Assembly (NCBI GenBank): GCA_965205485.1
Contig: OZ242180.1
Location: 2,112,001-2,176,000, forward strand
Origin: Candidatus Latescibacterota bacterium
GTDB lineage: Bacteria; Latescibacterota; UBA2968; GCA-2709665
Direction of reading: 5' to 3'
Length of the DNA stretch: 64,000 nucleotides
Positions 45,625 through 55,974 of the stretch are shown piece after piece. The number at the start of each line of letters is the position of its first letter. Positions within the stretch are counted from its first letter, which is position 1. The notes below the pieces were generated by a model that saw only the letters and a list, made by a program, of their open reading frames with translations, did no database searches and had not been told where the DNA came from. The translations under genes and the position numbers were made by a program.

Positions 45625-45660
45625 TTGTCTGTATTCCCCGGTTGCGGAAGGGTCAAAGCG

Positions 45661-47082
45661 TCAAGCGGGTCCCGTTGCAGGACCGGACGGAGCTTCTTCG
45701 GCCCACTCGAGGCGGTCCCCATTTTGTTTACAATGACGCATTGCCGAGTCGATGGCGTCTTGCAGCAGGTTAAGTATCCTTTCTGCCTGTGCAAAGGACA
45801 TAACGAGAGCCGGGGCCAGGACAAGGATGTCGCCGTTGTTGCGCAGGATCATGCCGGCCTTTCCGCAGAAATCGGCGATATATGACCCGGCTCTTCCCGG
45901 TGGATACAACGGCCCCCGTGTCTCGCGGTTGCCCACGAGTTCGACGGCCCAGAGCGTGCCGAGGCCGCGCACGTTTCCCACCAGGGGATATCGGTAGAGT
46001 CCGTTCAGTTTTCTCTTGAACCAGGCACCGAGATCAGCTGCACGCTGCACGAGGTTCTCGTTCTGGATGATTTCGATATGGGCGAGTGCGGCTGCGCAGG
46101 CGGCGGCATGGCCCGAGAAGGTGTGGATATGCCGGAATCCGGTCCCGGCGCTGCGAATGGTCTCGGCAATATCCTCGGTTGCAATCGCGGCGCCGATGGG
46201 CAGATAGCCGCCTGAGAACCCCTTGGCGACGGTCAGAATATCCGGCGTAACATCCCAGTTTTCACAGGCGAACATCTTCCCGGTGCGGCCGAAACCCGTC
46301 TGGATTTCGTCAAAGACGAGCAGGACGCCATGCCGGTCGCAGAGATCGCGCACGCCCTGCAGATATCCGTCCGGGGGAAGGGGAAAGCCCGTGTTGGAGC
46401 CCGGGATGGGGTCCATGATGACGGCCGCGACCGTTTGCGGTCCCTCCCATTCCAGGACGGATGCCAGATTCTTGAGACATGCCAGCGCACAGGTGTCGGG
46501 ATCCAGGTCGAGCTCACAGCGATAACAGTTCGCGGGCATGGCGTGGGTGAATCCGGGCAGCAGGGGTTCATAGGGCTCGCGGCTGCCTGCCAGGCCGGTC
46601 GCGGAGAGTGCGCCGAGCGTGGCGCCGTGATATGAGCCCCTGCGGAATATCACCTTGTAGCGGTTTTTCTGGCCTTTGGCCCAGTAATAGCTGCGCGCAA
46701 GCTTTATGGCGGCCTCATTGGCTTCGGAGCCGTCGTTGACGAGGAAGGAGACGGAGAGGTCTCCGGGGGCGATCTCGGCCAGTTTCGCCGCCAGCCTCGC
46801 GGCAGGTTCGATCAGATAGTCCTGTCCGCCGGGAAAGTAAGCCAGCTTTTCCATCTGTTCGTTCACCGCGTCGATGACTTCGGTGCGGCCGTGCCCGCAC
46901 AGGGTCGTGAGCAGGGAGGCGAAGGTGTCCAGGTATTCGTTGCCCTCGGCGTCGTAAATGTACAGACCGTCGCCATGGGTAATCGTCATCGGGGGCTTAT
47001 CGGGCTGCGCGCCGCGGAAATAGCTCTGCCAGAGGTGACGCGAGGCAGCCACGAGGTCGTCGGTATTCGCTGTTTTTTCCAT
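45661..47082 (-). CDS. Class III PLP aminotransferase (omega-amino acid type)
   Basis: GSEANEAAIK, SYHGAT, FDEIQTGFGRTG, DILTVAKGFSGG, HTFSGH. Confidence 0.92.
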   Translation of the reverse strand: MEKTANTDDLVAASRHLWQSYFRGAQPDKPPMTITHGDGLYIYDAEGNEYLDTFASLLTTLCGHGRTEVIDAVNEQMEKLAYFPGGQDYLIEPAARLAAKLAEIAPGDLSVSFLVNDGSEANEAAIKLARSYYWAKGQKNRYKVIFRRGSYHGATLGALSATGLAGSREPYEPLLPGFTHAMPANCYRCELDLDPDTCALACLKNLASVLEWEGPQTVAAVIMDPIPGSNTGFPLPPDGYLQGVRDLCDRHGVLLVFDEIQTGFGRTGKMFACENWDVTPDILTVAKGFSGGYLPIGAAIATEDIAETIRSAGTGFRHIHTFSGHAAACAAALAHIEIIQNENLVQRAADLGAWFKRKLNGLYRYPLVGNVRGLGTLWAVELVGNRETRGPLYPPGRAGSYIADFCGKAGMILRNNGDILVLAPALVMSFAQAERILNLLQDAIDSAMRHCKQNGDRLEWAEEAPSGPATGPA

Positions 47083-47152
47083 GTTGTTTTGGCAGGGCAA
47101 GAGGATTTTTCCAACCGGGAACCGCGTTCGATACGCACGCCCGTCCGCCTAT

Positions 47153-48220
47153 TCAATCGATGCCGGCTTCACGTCCCCTTCCGGCGGATTCATAAATGGC
47201 GTCCATCATCTGCTGGACCATCAGGCCGTGTTCGGCCGGCGCGAGTGTTGGTTTGTCGTAAAGTACGTGGTCGACGAAATTGCGCAGTTTGGCGTCGAAG
47301 GAGGATTCGAATCCGGATCCGGGCAACCAGCCGGGCTCGGTGTTTACCATGTAACCGTTGTCATCCGTTGCGATCGCGAGCGGATCCCAGGTGGCGCCGC
47401 CTTTTTCGCCCATGAGCTGAAAGTTCCATACGTCGGCCCGGATGTGGGCGGCAAAGCTGGATTCCACGTGAATAACGGCGCCGTCTTCAAAGCGGATCTG
47501 GCCAACCGCCAGGTCTTCGACGGTGTAGGTCTCGTGGTCCCAATCCGGCCACCTGCAGACCGTTTCCGATTTTCTGTTACCCAGATAGGTGAAGACGTTT
47601 CCACTGGCTGCAACGGGTCTGGGCGAGCCCATGATGTAGTGGACGGCTTCCAGCACGTGTACGCCGATGTCCACGAGCGGACCGCCGCCCTGGAGTTCCT
47701 TCCGCCCGAAAACACCCCAGTTGGGAATGCCGCGCCTGCGCAGGGCCTGGACGCGGGCGAACAGGATCCTCCCCATGCGGCCGCCGTCCACCGCGTCCTT
47801 GATGAATCGGGTTTTCGGATCGAAGCGTTGCTGAAATCCGATGACGAGTTTTCGCCGGTGTTTCCTGGCGGCGTCCAGCATGGCCGTTGCTTCCCGCGCG
47901 TTCATGGCCATCGGCTTTTCCACGATGACGTGCGCACCCGAAGAGAGCGATGCAATGGTTGTGGGAGCGTGTAAGCCGTTTGGTGTGCAGACGCTTACGG
48001 CATCGGGTCTGACCTTGCTCAACATGGTCTCGTAGTCTTCAAAACAATTGGCAATGCCGTACTCCTTCGAACGTCTTTCAAGTGCCGCCCTGGAGATGTC
48101 CGCCATGGCGACTATGTCCACGTCTTCCATCTCATTGAAGCAACGCATGTGGGTGCCGGCGATGCCACCAGCGCCGATGAAGGCAAGGCGGAGCTTTTTT
48201 TCCGGAAAACCTGACGCCAT
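47153..48220 (-). CDS. Gfo/Idh/MocA oxidoreductase
   Basis: IGAGGIA, VCTPNGLH, VEKPMA, GGGPLVDIGVH. Confidence 0.9.
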   Translation of the reverse strand: MASGFPEKKLRLAFIGAGGIAGTHMRCFNEMEDVDIVAMADISRAALERRSKEYGIANCFEDYETMLSKVRPDAVSVCTPNGLHAPTTIASLSSGAHVIVEKPMAMNAREATAMLDAARKHRRKLVIGFQQRFDPKTRFIKDAVDGGRMGRILFARVQALRRRGIPNWGVFGRKELQGGGPLVDIGVHVLEAVHYIMGSPRPVAASGNVFTYLGNRKSETVCRWPDWDHETYTVEDLAVGQIRFEDGAVIHVESSFAAHIRADVWNFQLMGEKGGATWDPLAIATDDNGYMVNTEPGWLPGSGFESSFDAKLRNFVDHVLYDKPTLAPAEHGLMVQQMMDAIYESAGRGREAGID

Positions 48221-48263
48221 TCGTGGTACCCTTTTCAGATGCAAATTGCCTGTCCGGAACGGT

Positions 48264-50300
48264 TCAGAATATGGTGGCCGACCGAAGTACCGCGCCGGTC
48301 GCGAAATAAATCTCCCTGCCCAGAATCGGCCCCGCGATACGGATACCGCCTTCCACGCTGAGCACCTCCTCGACCTGACGGGTGGCGGGGTCGAGACTGT
48401 AGATCAGCGTAGAGGTGAAGCCATAGATCTTTCCGCCCGGTCCGTTCTGCAGGCCGAGATCCAACGGCCTGCCGCCAGGCAGGGGAATGCGATGCGTGAA
48501 GGTGCGGGTGCGGGGATCGAACACGAAGAGCTCGTCGAGACCGCGGCCCCGAACCGTCCCGTAGAGCATGCCGTCGTTCCCCGTGAGCAACGCATTGAAG
48601 ACGGATGCGGGCGCGCTTCCACGCTCGATCGTTCCCTCCCAGGCCTTTTCTTCCGCGTGGTAGTCCCAAAGAAAGAGTGTGGCAACGCTGACTTTGGGAT
48701 TCGTCCCGCTGCCGCCGCTGATGGTGGTACCCACGGCGATGAGCTTCTGCGATTCCAAGTGGGCGAGGGTATAGCAGCTTGCATCGCCCACGATGCGTTT
48801 GTAGGACTTCCTTTCACCCGTCGCGGGATCGTAGTAGGCGAGGGGGCCGCCCCACCGGCCGTAGTCCGGTACGGACGCGACCCAGACCCTGCCCATCGGA
48901 CCGGTGAGCGTTGAACGCGGCCTGTAGGAGATGTCGTCCAGCCGGCCCAGGTCGCGGGGGTTGTCGTCCGGGCCCGTGCCATACTGGTAGGGAAGGGCGG
49001 GGTCGTACACCGAAATCCGAGCCGCCGGATAGGAGGAGATGTAAAGCTTCCCATTCAGGTTTGCCATCGAATAGGCTTCGCCGGCGGAACGGGAACACTT
49101 GCCAAGGTCGACCAGTTCAGTGGAACCGGGGTTGTACCTGAAAAGGTGTAGCGGCAGGATGCTCGATCCGTAGATCAAGCCGTCCGGGCCCGTGTGAATG
49201 TAGAAGATGTCAGTGCCACTGGCCTCGTAATCGAGTTCGAACGTGCGGACGCTGCCGAAGGGACGTCGAATGCTGAATGTACGATAGATCTGTTCCGTGC
49301 CGTCGGTAAAAGCGAAGGTGCTGCCGTCGGGAAGCGCCGGAAGCGACATACGGCCCGGCAGCGTCGCAACGGCGATGCCTTCATTCCCGGAAATCAGGAA
49401 ATTGCCGTAGTCCGACGTGATGACGTAGAGGTTGCCGTCCCGCCTTTTCTCCAGATTCAGCGTGCCCTGTCCCTTGAACGTGATGGGCCCGACCAGAAAA
49501 CTCCCCCTCGTGGCGGGATCGAATACGACGACGTGAGGCCGCGTCTGTCTGATGAGGCACGCGATCTTTCCGTCAGGAGCGACCAGAGGATAGTTGTACT
49601 TGTCCACGTTTGACATACGGCCGTAGCGTGTGAACTCGCCGGTTCCGGGGTCGTAGACCGTAAGGTCGGCCCCCGGGTAGCTGCCAATCCAGATGCGGCC
49701 GTTCTCGTCTTCGTCCATTCGGCAAGGGAACGTCGCGGCGCCCGGGTTGATGGCGCCCAGGTCCAGGAGGGCGTTCAGACGGGGATCGAAGGAGAGGAGG
49801 TGGCCGGCGTACGCGGACCCGATGTAGAGGCGGCCGGAGCGGCTCATCAACGTGGCGGTCGGGTAGTTGGACCGCGGTACCGGGGAGACGAACTGTTTGA
49901 ACGCCCCGGTTTCCGGGTCGACCTGCAGGACGAACAGGTTGTCGGCCTGCTGCCCCATGGTGACGTACACGCGCGGGCGGTTCTCATTGTCCAGGCCCGG
50001 ATGAAGGCGGACCCAGTTGACGGATCGTACCGGGATGCCGATGTCGCGGACCTGAGGAATCGGTGCGCCGGTCCGGCCGAACGCCCGAGCGAACAGCAGG
50101 AAGTCGCCAAAGGAGACCATGCCGTCTCTGTCCAGGTCGTAAAGGGCCTGTCCGGTGCCGAAGGCGCTTGCGAGCAGAATGAAATCCCGGAAGTCGACGC
50201 TGCCGTCGCTGTTGAAGTCGGCTTCCGGCGGCGCCTCGCTGCAAAGCGTCGTCGCCGTAGAGAGGAGAACGAATACAATCAGGATGGTTCGAGCGATCAT
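48264..50300 (-). CDS. Secreted beta-propeller protein with N-terminal dockerin-like twin EF-hand
   Basis: Signal peptide; ADFNSDGSVDFRDF..YDLDRDGMVSFGDF; repeated G.(I/L)Y.G...YDP.TG blades. Confidence 0.75.
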   Translation of the reverse strand: MIARTILIVFVLLSTATTLCSEAPPEADFNSDGSVDFRDFILLASAFGTGQALYDLDRDGMVSFGDFLLFARAFGRTGAPIPQVRDIGIPVRSVNWVRLHPGLDNENRPRVYVTMGQQADNLFVLQVDPETGAFKQFVSPVPRSNYPTATLMSRSGRLYIGSAYAGHLLSFDPRLNALLDLGAINPGAATFPCRMDEDENGRIWIGSYPGADLTVYDPGTGEFTRYGRMSNVDKYNYPLVAPDGKIACLIRQTRPHVVVFDPATRGSFLVGPITFKGQGTLNLEKRRDGNLYVITSDYGNFLISGNEGIAVATLPGRMSLPALPDGSTFAFTDGTEQIYRTFSIRRPFGSVRTFELDYEASGTDIFYIHTGPDGLIYGSSILPLHLFRYNPGSTELVDLGKCSRSAGEAYSMANLNGKLYISSYPAARISVYDPALPYQYGTGPDDNPRDLGRLDDISYRPRSTLTGPMGRVWVASVPDYGRWGGPLAYYDPATGERKSYKRIVGDASCYTLAHLESQKLIAVGTTISGGSGTNPKVSVATLFLWDYHAEEKAWEGTIERGSAPASVFNALLTGNDGMLYGTVRGRGLDELFVFDPRTRTFTHRIPLPGGRPLDLGLQNGPGGKIYGFTSTLIYSLDPATRQVEEVLSVEGGIRIAGPILGREIYFATGAVLRSATIF

Positions 50301-51181
50301 TGCTGTACTCTGGAGGGGGACTTCCCCGCTTCAAGCGCGGAGGCATACTCTTCCGCCTTTACCGTATCGGCAAACAGCGGGCTTGCGCTGTGTTCCAGCG
50401 CCCCGACGGCGGAACCGTCTTCACCCAGTCGGAACATGGCGCGCGTCGCCTCCCGCACGTCGATGTCACGTACCAGCAGTTCCTCCTGCCTCAACTCCGT
50501 CTGCCCGAGTATTCGGCCGTCGGGAGCAACAATCAGGCTCCGGCTGTTCTGGTGCGGGAGACAGGCGTTGCATGAACCGAACCAGACGGTGTTCTCGGCG
50601 GCGCGAGTGACGATCATGGCATGGTGGATGGGGATCTTCCAGTCGTTGGGACGGGTCGTGTTGTTCTGCGGATGGAAGACGACCTGTGCGCCGCGGCGCA
50701 CGCATTCGGCGGTCGTTTCAGCAAAGCGCAGCGCCTCGAAGCAGATGACCACGCCAATGCGAACGCCCGATAGTTCAAACGTATGCTGTACGTCTCCCCG
50801 CTCGTAGGCCATTGCGTCCAGCGGCGTCAGCATCGTCTTGTGGTGCATGCCCAGGACGTTTCCATGCTTATCGATCACGAGCGCGGTGTTGTAAGGCTTG
50901 CCGCGCTCCGACGGCGTTTCGGTGCCCAGGATGCAGGCGATGCCGTGTTTCGCGCATCGCGCCGCAACCTCGCCGTGGACTCTATCGAGCCAGCCGACGT
51001 GCACCGGAGCGTCCGCGGAAGCAATGTCTACCCGGTAGCCGACTGTCTGGGTCTCGGGAAAACAAAGGATCTGCACGTTCCGGAAAGCAGCAAGGTCGAT
51101 GGCTTCGAGAATGGCGAGGCGGTTGTCTTCCCGATCCGCGGTCTGCCGCGTCTGCGCAAGGGCGATACGTAACAAGCTCAT
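50297..51181 (-). CDS. Carbon-nitrogen hydrolase (nitrilase superfamily)
   Basis: E-K-C triad: CFPET, HHKTML, VICFE. Confidence 0.9.
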   Translation of the reverse strand: MSLLRIALAQTRQTADREDNRLAILEAIDLAAFRNVQILCFPETQTVGYRVDIASADAPVHVGWLDRVHGEVAARCAKHGIACILGTETPSERGKPYNTALVIDKHGNVLGMHHKTMLTPLDAMAYERGDVQHTFELSGVRIGVVICFEALRFAETTAECVRRGAQVVFHPQNNTTRPNDWKIPIHHAMIVTRAAENTVWFGSCNACLPHQNSRSLIVAPDGRILGQTELRQEELLVRDIDVREATRAMFRLGEDGSAVGALEHSASPLFADTVKAEEYASALEAGKSPSRVQQ

Positions 51182-51272
51182 GTATTTCTTTCGCCGGAGG
51201 GGTTCCTGAAATCAGTTGATTCGCTTGAATTTCACCGGTTTTTTCGAATTCCGCCGGCATTCCCGCAGGACA

Positions 51273-52280
51273 CTACCCGGGCTGATACAGGCCGCCGCCG
51301 CTGAGCGCGAGTTCGGCGATCCGGGTGGCGCACAGGCCGTCTTCACCGGTAACCAGCGGGTCCGATCCACTCTGAACCCAATCGGCGAAATGCAGCATTT
51401 CGTCCCGAAACATGTTTTTCTTTTCGAAGGTGATGACTTCCTCTTCGCCGTCGGCCAGGGAGAGGAGGTAGGCGCCCTGGGTGCCGGGGTCGAATCTGCC
51501 TTCGGCCTTCGCGGGATCGTAGTTCCCGGGAAACGAGAGCGCGCCGTTCGGACCGATGACGTCCGTTCCGCCTCTTGGACGAACACCGGCCGGCAGTCCC
51601 CAGGTCCAGGAACACATGATGGCGTCTCCCCGTTCGAAGCGGACGAGGACGGTGCCTGTATCCCAGGCGGTGGACGTGTGGTGAATCTTGACGGGCATGG
51701 ACTTGACTTCCACGGGTTCGCCGAAACAGTGGACCGCGAAGTCGTAGTTGTGGACCATTCCGTCGATCATGGGTCCGCCGCCCTGAAAGCGGTCCATGAA
51801 GAACGGGCTGCCCGGGGGCGAGCCCCCGGAGATCTGACGCCAGACAACGGGGCTGCCCAGCCGGCCGGACTCGACGACCCCTTTTACCGTACCCCAGTCG
51901 TTGTCGAATCGCCGCACGAAACCGATCTGGAGTCCGACGTCATTCCTGCGGCACGTCTGGATCATGCGATAACAGTCGTAAGAATTCATCGCCATGGGTT
52001 TCTGGCAGAAGATGTGTTTGCCGGCCTCCGCGGCCGCGATCGCCATCTCCGGATGGAGGAAGGTGGGGGTGCAGATCATGACGGCTTCGATATCGGCTTC
52101 GTCAAGCAGTACACGGTAGTCGGCGTACCCATGCTGCATGTCGAATCTTTGCCTGAAATGGTCGAGCTGCGCCGGACGGACATCCGCTCCCGCAACCACC
52201 TGGAAACGATTGTCGTCCCACACGGAATTCAACTGATGGGTTGAAATGCCCGCACAACCGAAAACACCCAGTTTAACCAT
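51273..52280 (-). CDS. Gfo/Idh/MocA oxidoreductase
   Basis: FGCAGIS, ICTPTFLH, FCQKPMA, GGGPMIDGMVH. Confidence 0.88.
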   Translation of the reverse strand: MVKLGVFGCAGISTHQLNSVWDDNRFQVVAGADVRPAQLDHFRQRFDMQHGYADYRVLLDEADIEAVMICTPTFLHPEMAIAAAEAGKHIFCQKPMAMNSYDCYRMIQTCRRNDVGLQIGFVRRFDNDWGTVKGVVESGRLGSPVVWRQISGGSPPGSPFFMDRFQGGGPMIDGMVHNYDFAVHCFGEPVEVKSMPVKIHHTSTAWDTGTVLVRFERGDAIMCSWTWGLPAGVRPRGGTDVIGPNGALSFPGNYDPAKAEGRFDPGTQGAYLLSLADGEEEVITFEKKNMFRDEMLHFADWVQSGSDPLVTGEDGLCATRIAELALSGGGLYQPG

Positions 52281-52359
52281 GTTTTTTCCTTTGCGTGATG
52301 TATCTTGGATTATTCAATTCAGTGTTGGAGCCTCAGGACGAAACTGTGCTGCACGCGGG

Positions 52360-53430
52360 TTAACGATTCAACCACTTACCGAGGAATTGAAGGCTCTTTT
52401 CAAGCCGAATCTCGTGACCGCCTTCGTGAAGGTCGATTTCGATATTCTGGGAAAGTCCCAGTCTGGCGTAGTGTTCGCGGGCCTGTCGATACTCGTCGAG
52501 CATCATCGGCCACCAGGCGATTCCGTCGGCCTTGCCCTGTTCAACGAGGAGGGGCCGGGGGCAGATGAGGGAGACCAGATCGCTGTCGGTGAACGCGCTC
52601 AGCCAGCCGGGAATCCATACGTGCTCCTCGTTGACGGAAAGAAAGCAGCTGTATCGGGGGTCGTCCACGGCCATTTTGTTTCGCCTGTGGTTGAACCAGG
52701 CGCATACCACGGCGGCCCTGATGCGGGGTTCGGCCGGAGTCGTGAACATGGTGTAGGCGCCCCCTAGGCTGATCCCGTACATGGCGGTGCGTTCGATGTC
52801 AATTTCAGGGCGGGTTTCCAGGTAGTCCAGAAGCCGCTGCGTGCGGAAGATCTCAAGGCCCCACAGGGTCTTGCCAAGGAGCTTGCAGAGGCGTTCCTGA
52901 CGCGCCCGTGGAGGGCCGCCCGTGATGTTCATGGGAGCAATCACGGCGAAGCCCTCTTCCGCCAGGCGCCGGGCGTAGGATTTGTAGGTGTCGTTCGGGT
53001 CGTCCAGGCCGAATGCCTTTTCAGGCGACGATCCGATACCGTGCTGTGCGATGACGAGCGGGGCGGGACCGTCCGTGCCTTTGGGCAGGGCGAGTATGCC
53101 GCGCCCTCTCAGATTGCCCAGTAATCCGATGGTAATCCACCAGGCGGTGAACCTGTCGTCTTCGTACCACGGATCCAGCACGGGTTCGAGCGGGGTGTCG
53201 TCGTACTCGAAAATGCCGATTGTTTCCTGCCAGCATCGGCGGTTGGCTTCTACCGAACGTTCGAAGGCTTCAACCGAGCTGTAGTCCCGATTCCAGTGAG
53301 CGGCCTGTCGCGGTCCGTAATTCAGGATTTCGCTTCGGAGAAAGTCTTCCGTCTCGTTTCGAAGCAGGCGCTGGCGGTCGTTGATCCAGCGGTTGATGAC
53401 CTCAGCCGGTTGCGTGTAAGGGTTCGCCAT
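52360..53430 (-). CDS. Alpha/beta hydrolase (dienelactone hydrolase/esterase-like)
   Basis: VIAQHG, nucleophile elbow YGISLGG, ICPRPLLVEQGKAD, EGGHE; AGGAG SD. Confidence 0.82.
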   Translation of the reverse strand: MANPYTQPAEVINRWINDRQRLLRNETEDFLRSEILNYGPRQAAHWNRDYSSVEAFERSVEANRRCWQETIGIFEYDDTPLEPVLDPWYEDDRFTAWWITIGLLGNLRGRGILALPKGTDGPAPLVIAQHGIGSSPEKAFGLDDPNDTYKSYARRLAEEGFAVIAPMNITGGPPRARQERLCKLLGKTLWGLEIFRTQRLLDYLETRPEIDIERTAMYGISLGGAYTMFTTPAEPRIRAAVVCAWFNHRRNKMAVDDPRYSCFLSVNEEHVWIPGWLSAFTDSDLVSLICPRPLLVEQGKADGIAWWPMMLDEYRQAREHYARLGLSQNIEIDLHEGGHEIRLEKSLQFLGKWLNR

Positions 53431-53561
53431 CGGATTCTCCTGGAATTGCGCGGCCGCGTATCGGACCGCTGGAAGGACCGGAGAACTTTTCAACGGATCG
53501 TTCGTATACATGATACCGGGCATTTATTTCATTGTCAAACTGCCATTTGTGGCGATGTTAG

Positions 53562-53721
53562 CAGTCCGTTGATAAAGTCGCTCTGCAGGCGAGGCCGAGC
53601 CATTGTGGCCGAAGACAAGGCGCGCAACCGAGTCCCATCCATCGATTCGGCGAGGGAGCGCAACGCAGTATTTCGACCGCAAGGGCCGGCCGTAGCCCGG
53701 ATGGACTTTTTCAACGGGCTG
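53562..53721. mobile_element. MITE family B (160 bp variant), abutting a family A end remnant (about 53725-53763)
   Basis: TTAG-CAGTCCGTTGATAAAGTC...GACTTTTTCAACGGGCTG, then GGAGCTGTTTTAAAATTCCTGGTGAGTCCCGAGCGCG. Confidence 0.85.
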
Positions 53722-53820
53722 TTTGGAGCTGTTTTAAAATTCCTGGTGAGTCCCGAGCGCGCGTGTAATTGTGTCGGGAACGGCGGACAAATTCGCCCAT
53801 ATCGAATAACAGGAGGGCGT

Positions 53821-55935
53821 ATGCGGGCACTGGTTCTAGCGATTGCAGCATCCATTCCGGTCTTTGCGGCGCACGTCGAAGCCGCCAGGGCGGTTTCGGT
53901 GCGTACGGACTCGCTCCTCGCGGCGGCATCGGATACAACGGTCGAATACCGGAAACGCGAAGGGCTCATCAAGGAGGCGATACGGCTGGACCCATCAGGA
54001 TGGGCCATGTACGAGCTCGCCCGCCTTTACAGCGATGAAACAACGCCGGGTACGCGCAGGCAGGCCGCCACCTGGCTGCAGCGGGCGATGCGAAAAGACA
54101 AAGCGAACGTGGATTTCCGGATTGAATACGCAAGAGTACTCTGGGCCATGGGCAGGCGAGGCCACGCCTACAAGAATGCCAGAAAGGCTATTGACATCAA
54201 TCCGAATCACGTCGGCGCACTGTATCTGGCCGGCCGGTACGCGGCATGGCAAATGTCGCGATACCTCGAAAGCGAGCGCATCGACTATCAGTACGATGAC
54301 CTGGGCAACCGGCGATCGAGGTCGTTCAGTCTGGAAAGATTCGGTGAGAAGGACCGGGATCAGGCGATCGGATATCTGACCAGGGCTTTGAACGTCGATC
54401 CGGAGCACAGACCTTCGCTTCTGCTGCTGGGACTGGTGTTCTACGAAGCCCGGATGCCGGAAAAAATGGGAGCGCTTTTCGAGGACTTCCTGAAACGCCA
54501 GCCGGAAGATCCTGACGTCTATTTCTTCCTGGGACTGGCATACCAGGCGCAAGACGAACTCCAGCGCGCCTATCCGGCCTATGTGAACGGATTGAGCCGG
54601 ATGTCCGCCCGCGAACAGCAATTCATGATGTCGGTATTCATGCTGGTGGGTAAACAGAGCGTGGAGGCGGGGGAAGATCTGCCGGATGACGAAGCGTTGC
54701 GGGCATTCTGGACCGGGCGCGATCCGCTGTTCCTCACGCCGGTTAACGAGCGCCTGATGGAACACTGCGGAAGGGTGGCGTACGTCAACCTTCGTTTCGG
54801 AGATCCGGAACGCGGAATTGCGGGCTGGACGACGGACAAGGGGCAGGCGTACATCCGTTACGGACGTCCGGAGGCGAGAAGTGTCCGCCCGCCCGAGATC
54901 GATACCGGTCTGGATGAGCCGCCGTGGTACCAGGATCATCTATACTGGCTGACTCAGCAGGGGACGACGCCGTTCAAACACCGTCCCCGTCTGGAGATGT
55001 GGGACTACGGCGGGTTTCGGCTGCTGTTTGCGAATACGGATACGCGGGATACCTGGCGCTTTCGGGTGGGCTGGTTGGGGGGGCGCCCGGTGGATTTCGA
55101 GAGGCTGACGGCAAAGGTGCCCGAATACTACAAGGACCCGTACAAATGGGAGCGTTACGATGCCCCGTACCAGATGGCCCGGTTTCGCGGGGAGGGGGAC
55201 ACCTCCAGAGTGGAGGTATATTACGCGCTTCCCGGAGAGGAAGTACAACACAAAGAGGCCCAAACCGGGGCGCAGGCCGTCGAAATACGCCAGGGACTGT
55301 TTCTGTTCGACGCGGAATGGGATACCCTGAGGAAGGATATCGGAAGGGTTGACGTCATGCCGTGGGTACAGTATGAAGCGACCCGGGAAGGGTATCTGTT
55401 TACCGGCGAAAAGCTGATGCTGTCGCCCGGGAAATACTTCATCGCGGCGGAGGCTGAGGATATACAGACAAAGTCGATAGGTACGTTCCGGAGCGTGTTG
55501 CGGGTTGGCGAATTCGGATACGATTCGCTGAGCGTGAGCGATATGCTGCTTGCGCGGCGGATCGTCGAACGGGAGAACGCGCCTTACGGACGGGCGCGGT
55601 ACCTCATTCTGCCCAATCCGCTCAAACAGTATCGGCAGGGCGCGCAGGCGTATTTTTACTATGAAATCTACAATTTGCGGAAAGACCGGTTCGGCGCCAC
55701 CAACTATCAGGTCACCTACCAGATCCGAACCCTGAAGGAAGACGAAGCGGAGGCGGAGCCGGAATGGACCACGGCGGTCTCCTACACCCACAAGGGTTCG
55801 CAGGCGTGGGAGCCCATTTACCAGGTGTTGAACCTGGAGATGTTTCCCGGCCCCCGGGACTTCCGGGTGAAAGTTCTCGACTTGAACAGCCGGCAGGAAG
55901 TGAGCACGGCGACGTCTTTTCGTGTGATGTGGTAG
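53821..55935 (+). CDS. TPR + GWxTD-domain protein, secreted
   Basis: Signal peptide, TPR helices, FWTGRDPLFLTPVNERLMEH..RV..GWTTDKGQAYIRYGRP; AGGAGG SD at ATG 53821. Confidence 0.85.
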   Translation: MRALVLAIAASIPVFAAHVEAARAVSVRTDSLLAAASDTTVEYRKREGLIKEAIRLDPSGWAMYELARLYSDETTPGTRRQAATWLQRAMRKDKANVDFRIEYARVLWAMGRRGHAYKNARKAIDINPNHVGALYLAGRYAAWQMSRYLESERIDYQYDDLGNRRSRSFSLERFGEKDRDQAIGYLTRALNVDPEHRPSLLLLGLVFYEARMPEKMGALFEDFLKRQPEDPDVYFFLGLAYQAQDELQRAYPAYVNGLSRMSAREQQFMMSVFMLVGKQSVEAGEDLPDDEALRAFWTGRDPLFLTPVNERLMEHCGRVAYVNLRFGDPERGIAGWTTDKGQAYIRYGRPEARSVRPPEIDTGLDEPPWYQDHLYWLTQQGTTPFKHRPRLEMWDYGGFRLLFANTDTRDTWRFRVGWLGGRPVDFERLTAKVPEYYKDPYKWERYDAPYQMARFRGEGDTSRVEVYYALPGEEVQHKEAQTGAQAVEIRQGLFLFDAEWDTLRKDIGRVDVMPWVQYEATREGYLFTGEKLMLSPGKYFIAAEAEDIQTKSIGTFRSVLRVGEFGYDSLSVSDMLLARRIVERENAPYGRARYLILPNPLKQYRQGAQAYFYYEIYNLRKDRFGATNYQVTYQIRTLKEDEAEAEPEWTTAVSYTHKGSQAWEPIYQVLNLEMFPGPRDFRVKVLDLNSRQEVSTATSFRVMW

Positions 55936-55938
55936 ACA

Positions 55939-55964
55939 GCCGGGGATTTTTGCAGGTCCCCGGC
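55939..55964. terminator. Hairpin between convergent genes
   Basis: GCCGGGGAT-ttttgcag-GTCCCCGGC. Confidence 0.5.
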
Positions 55965-55974
55965 AAGCCGCGTG

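Noticed and set aside
53296..53820. 175-aa N-terminal extension of the GWxTD protein
   Set aside because: It overlaps the opposite-strand hydrolase and a MITE; a strong SD and signal peptide place the start at 53821
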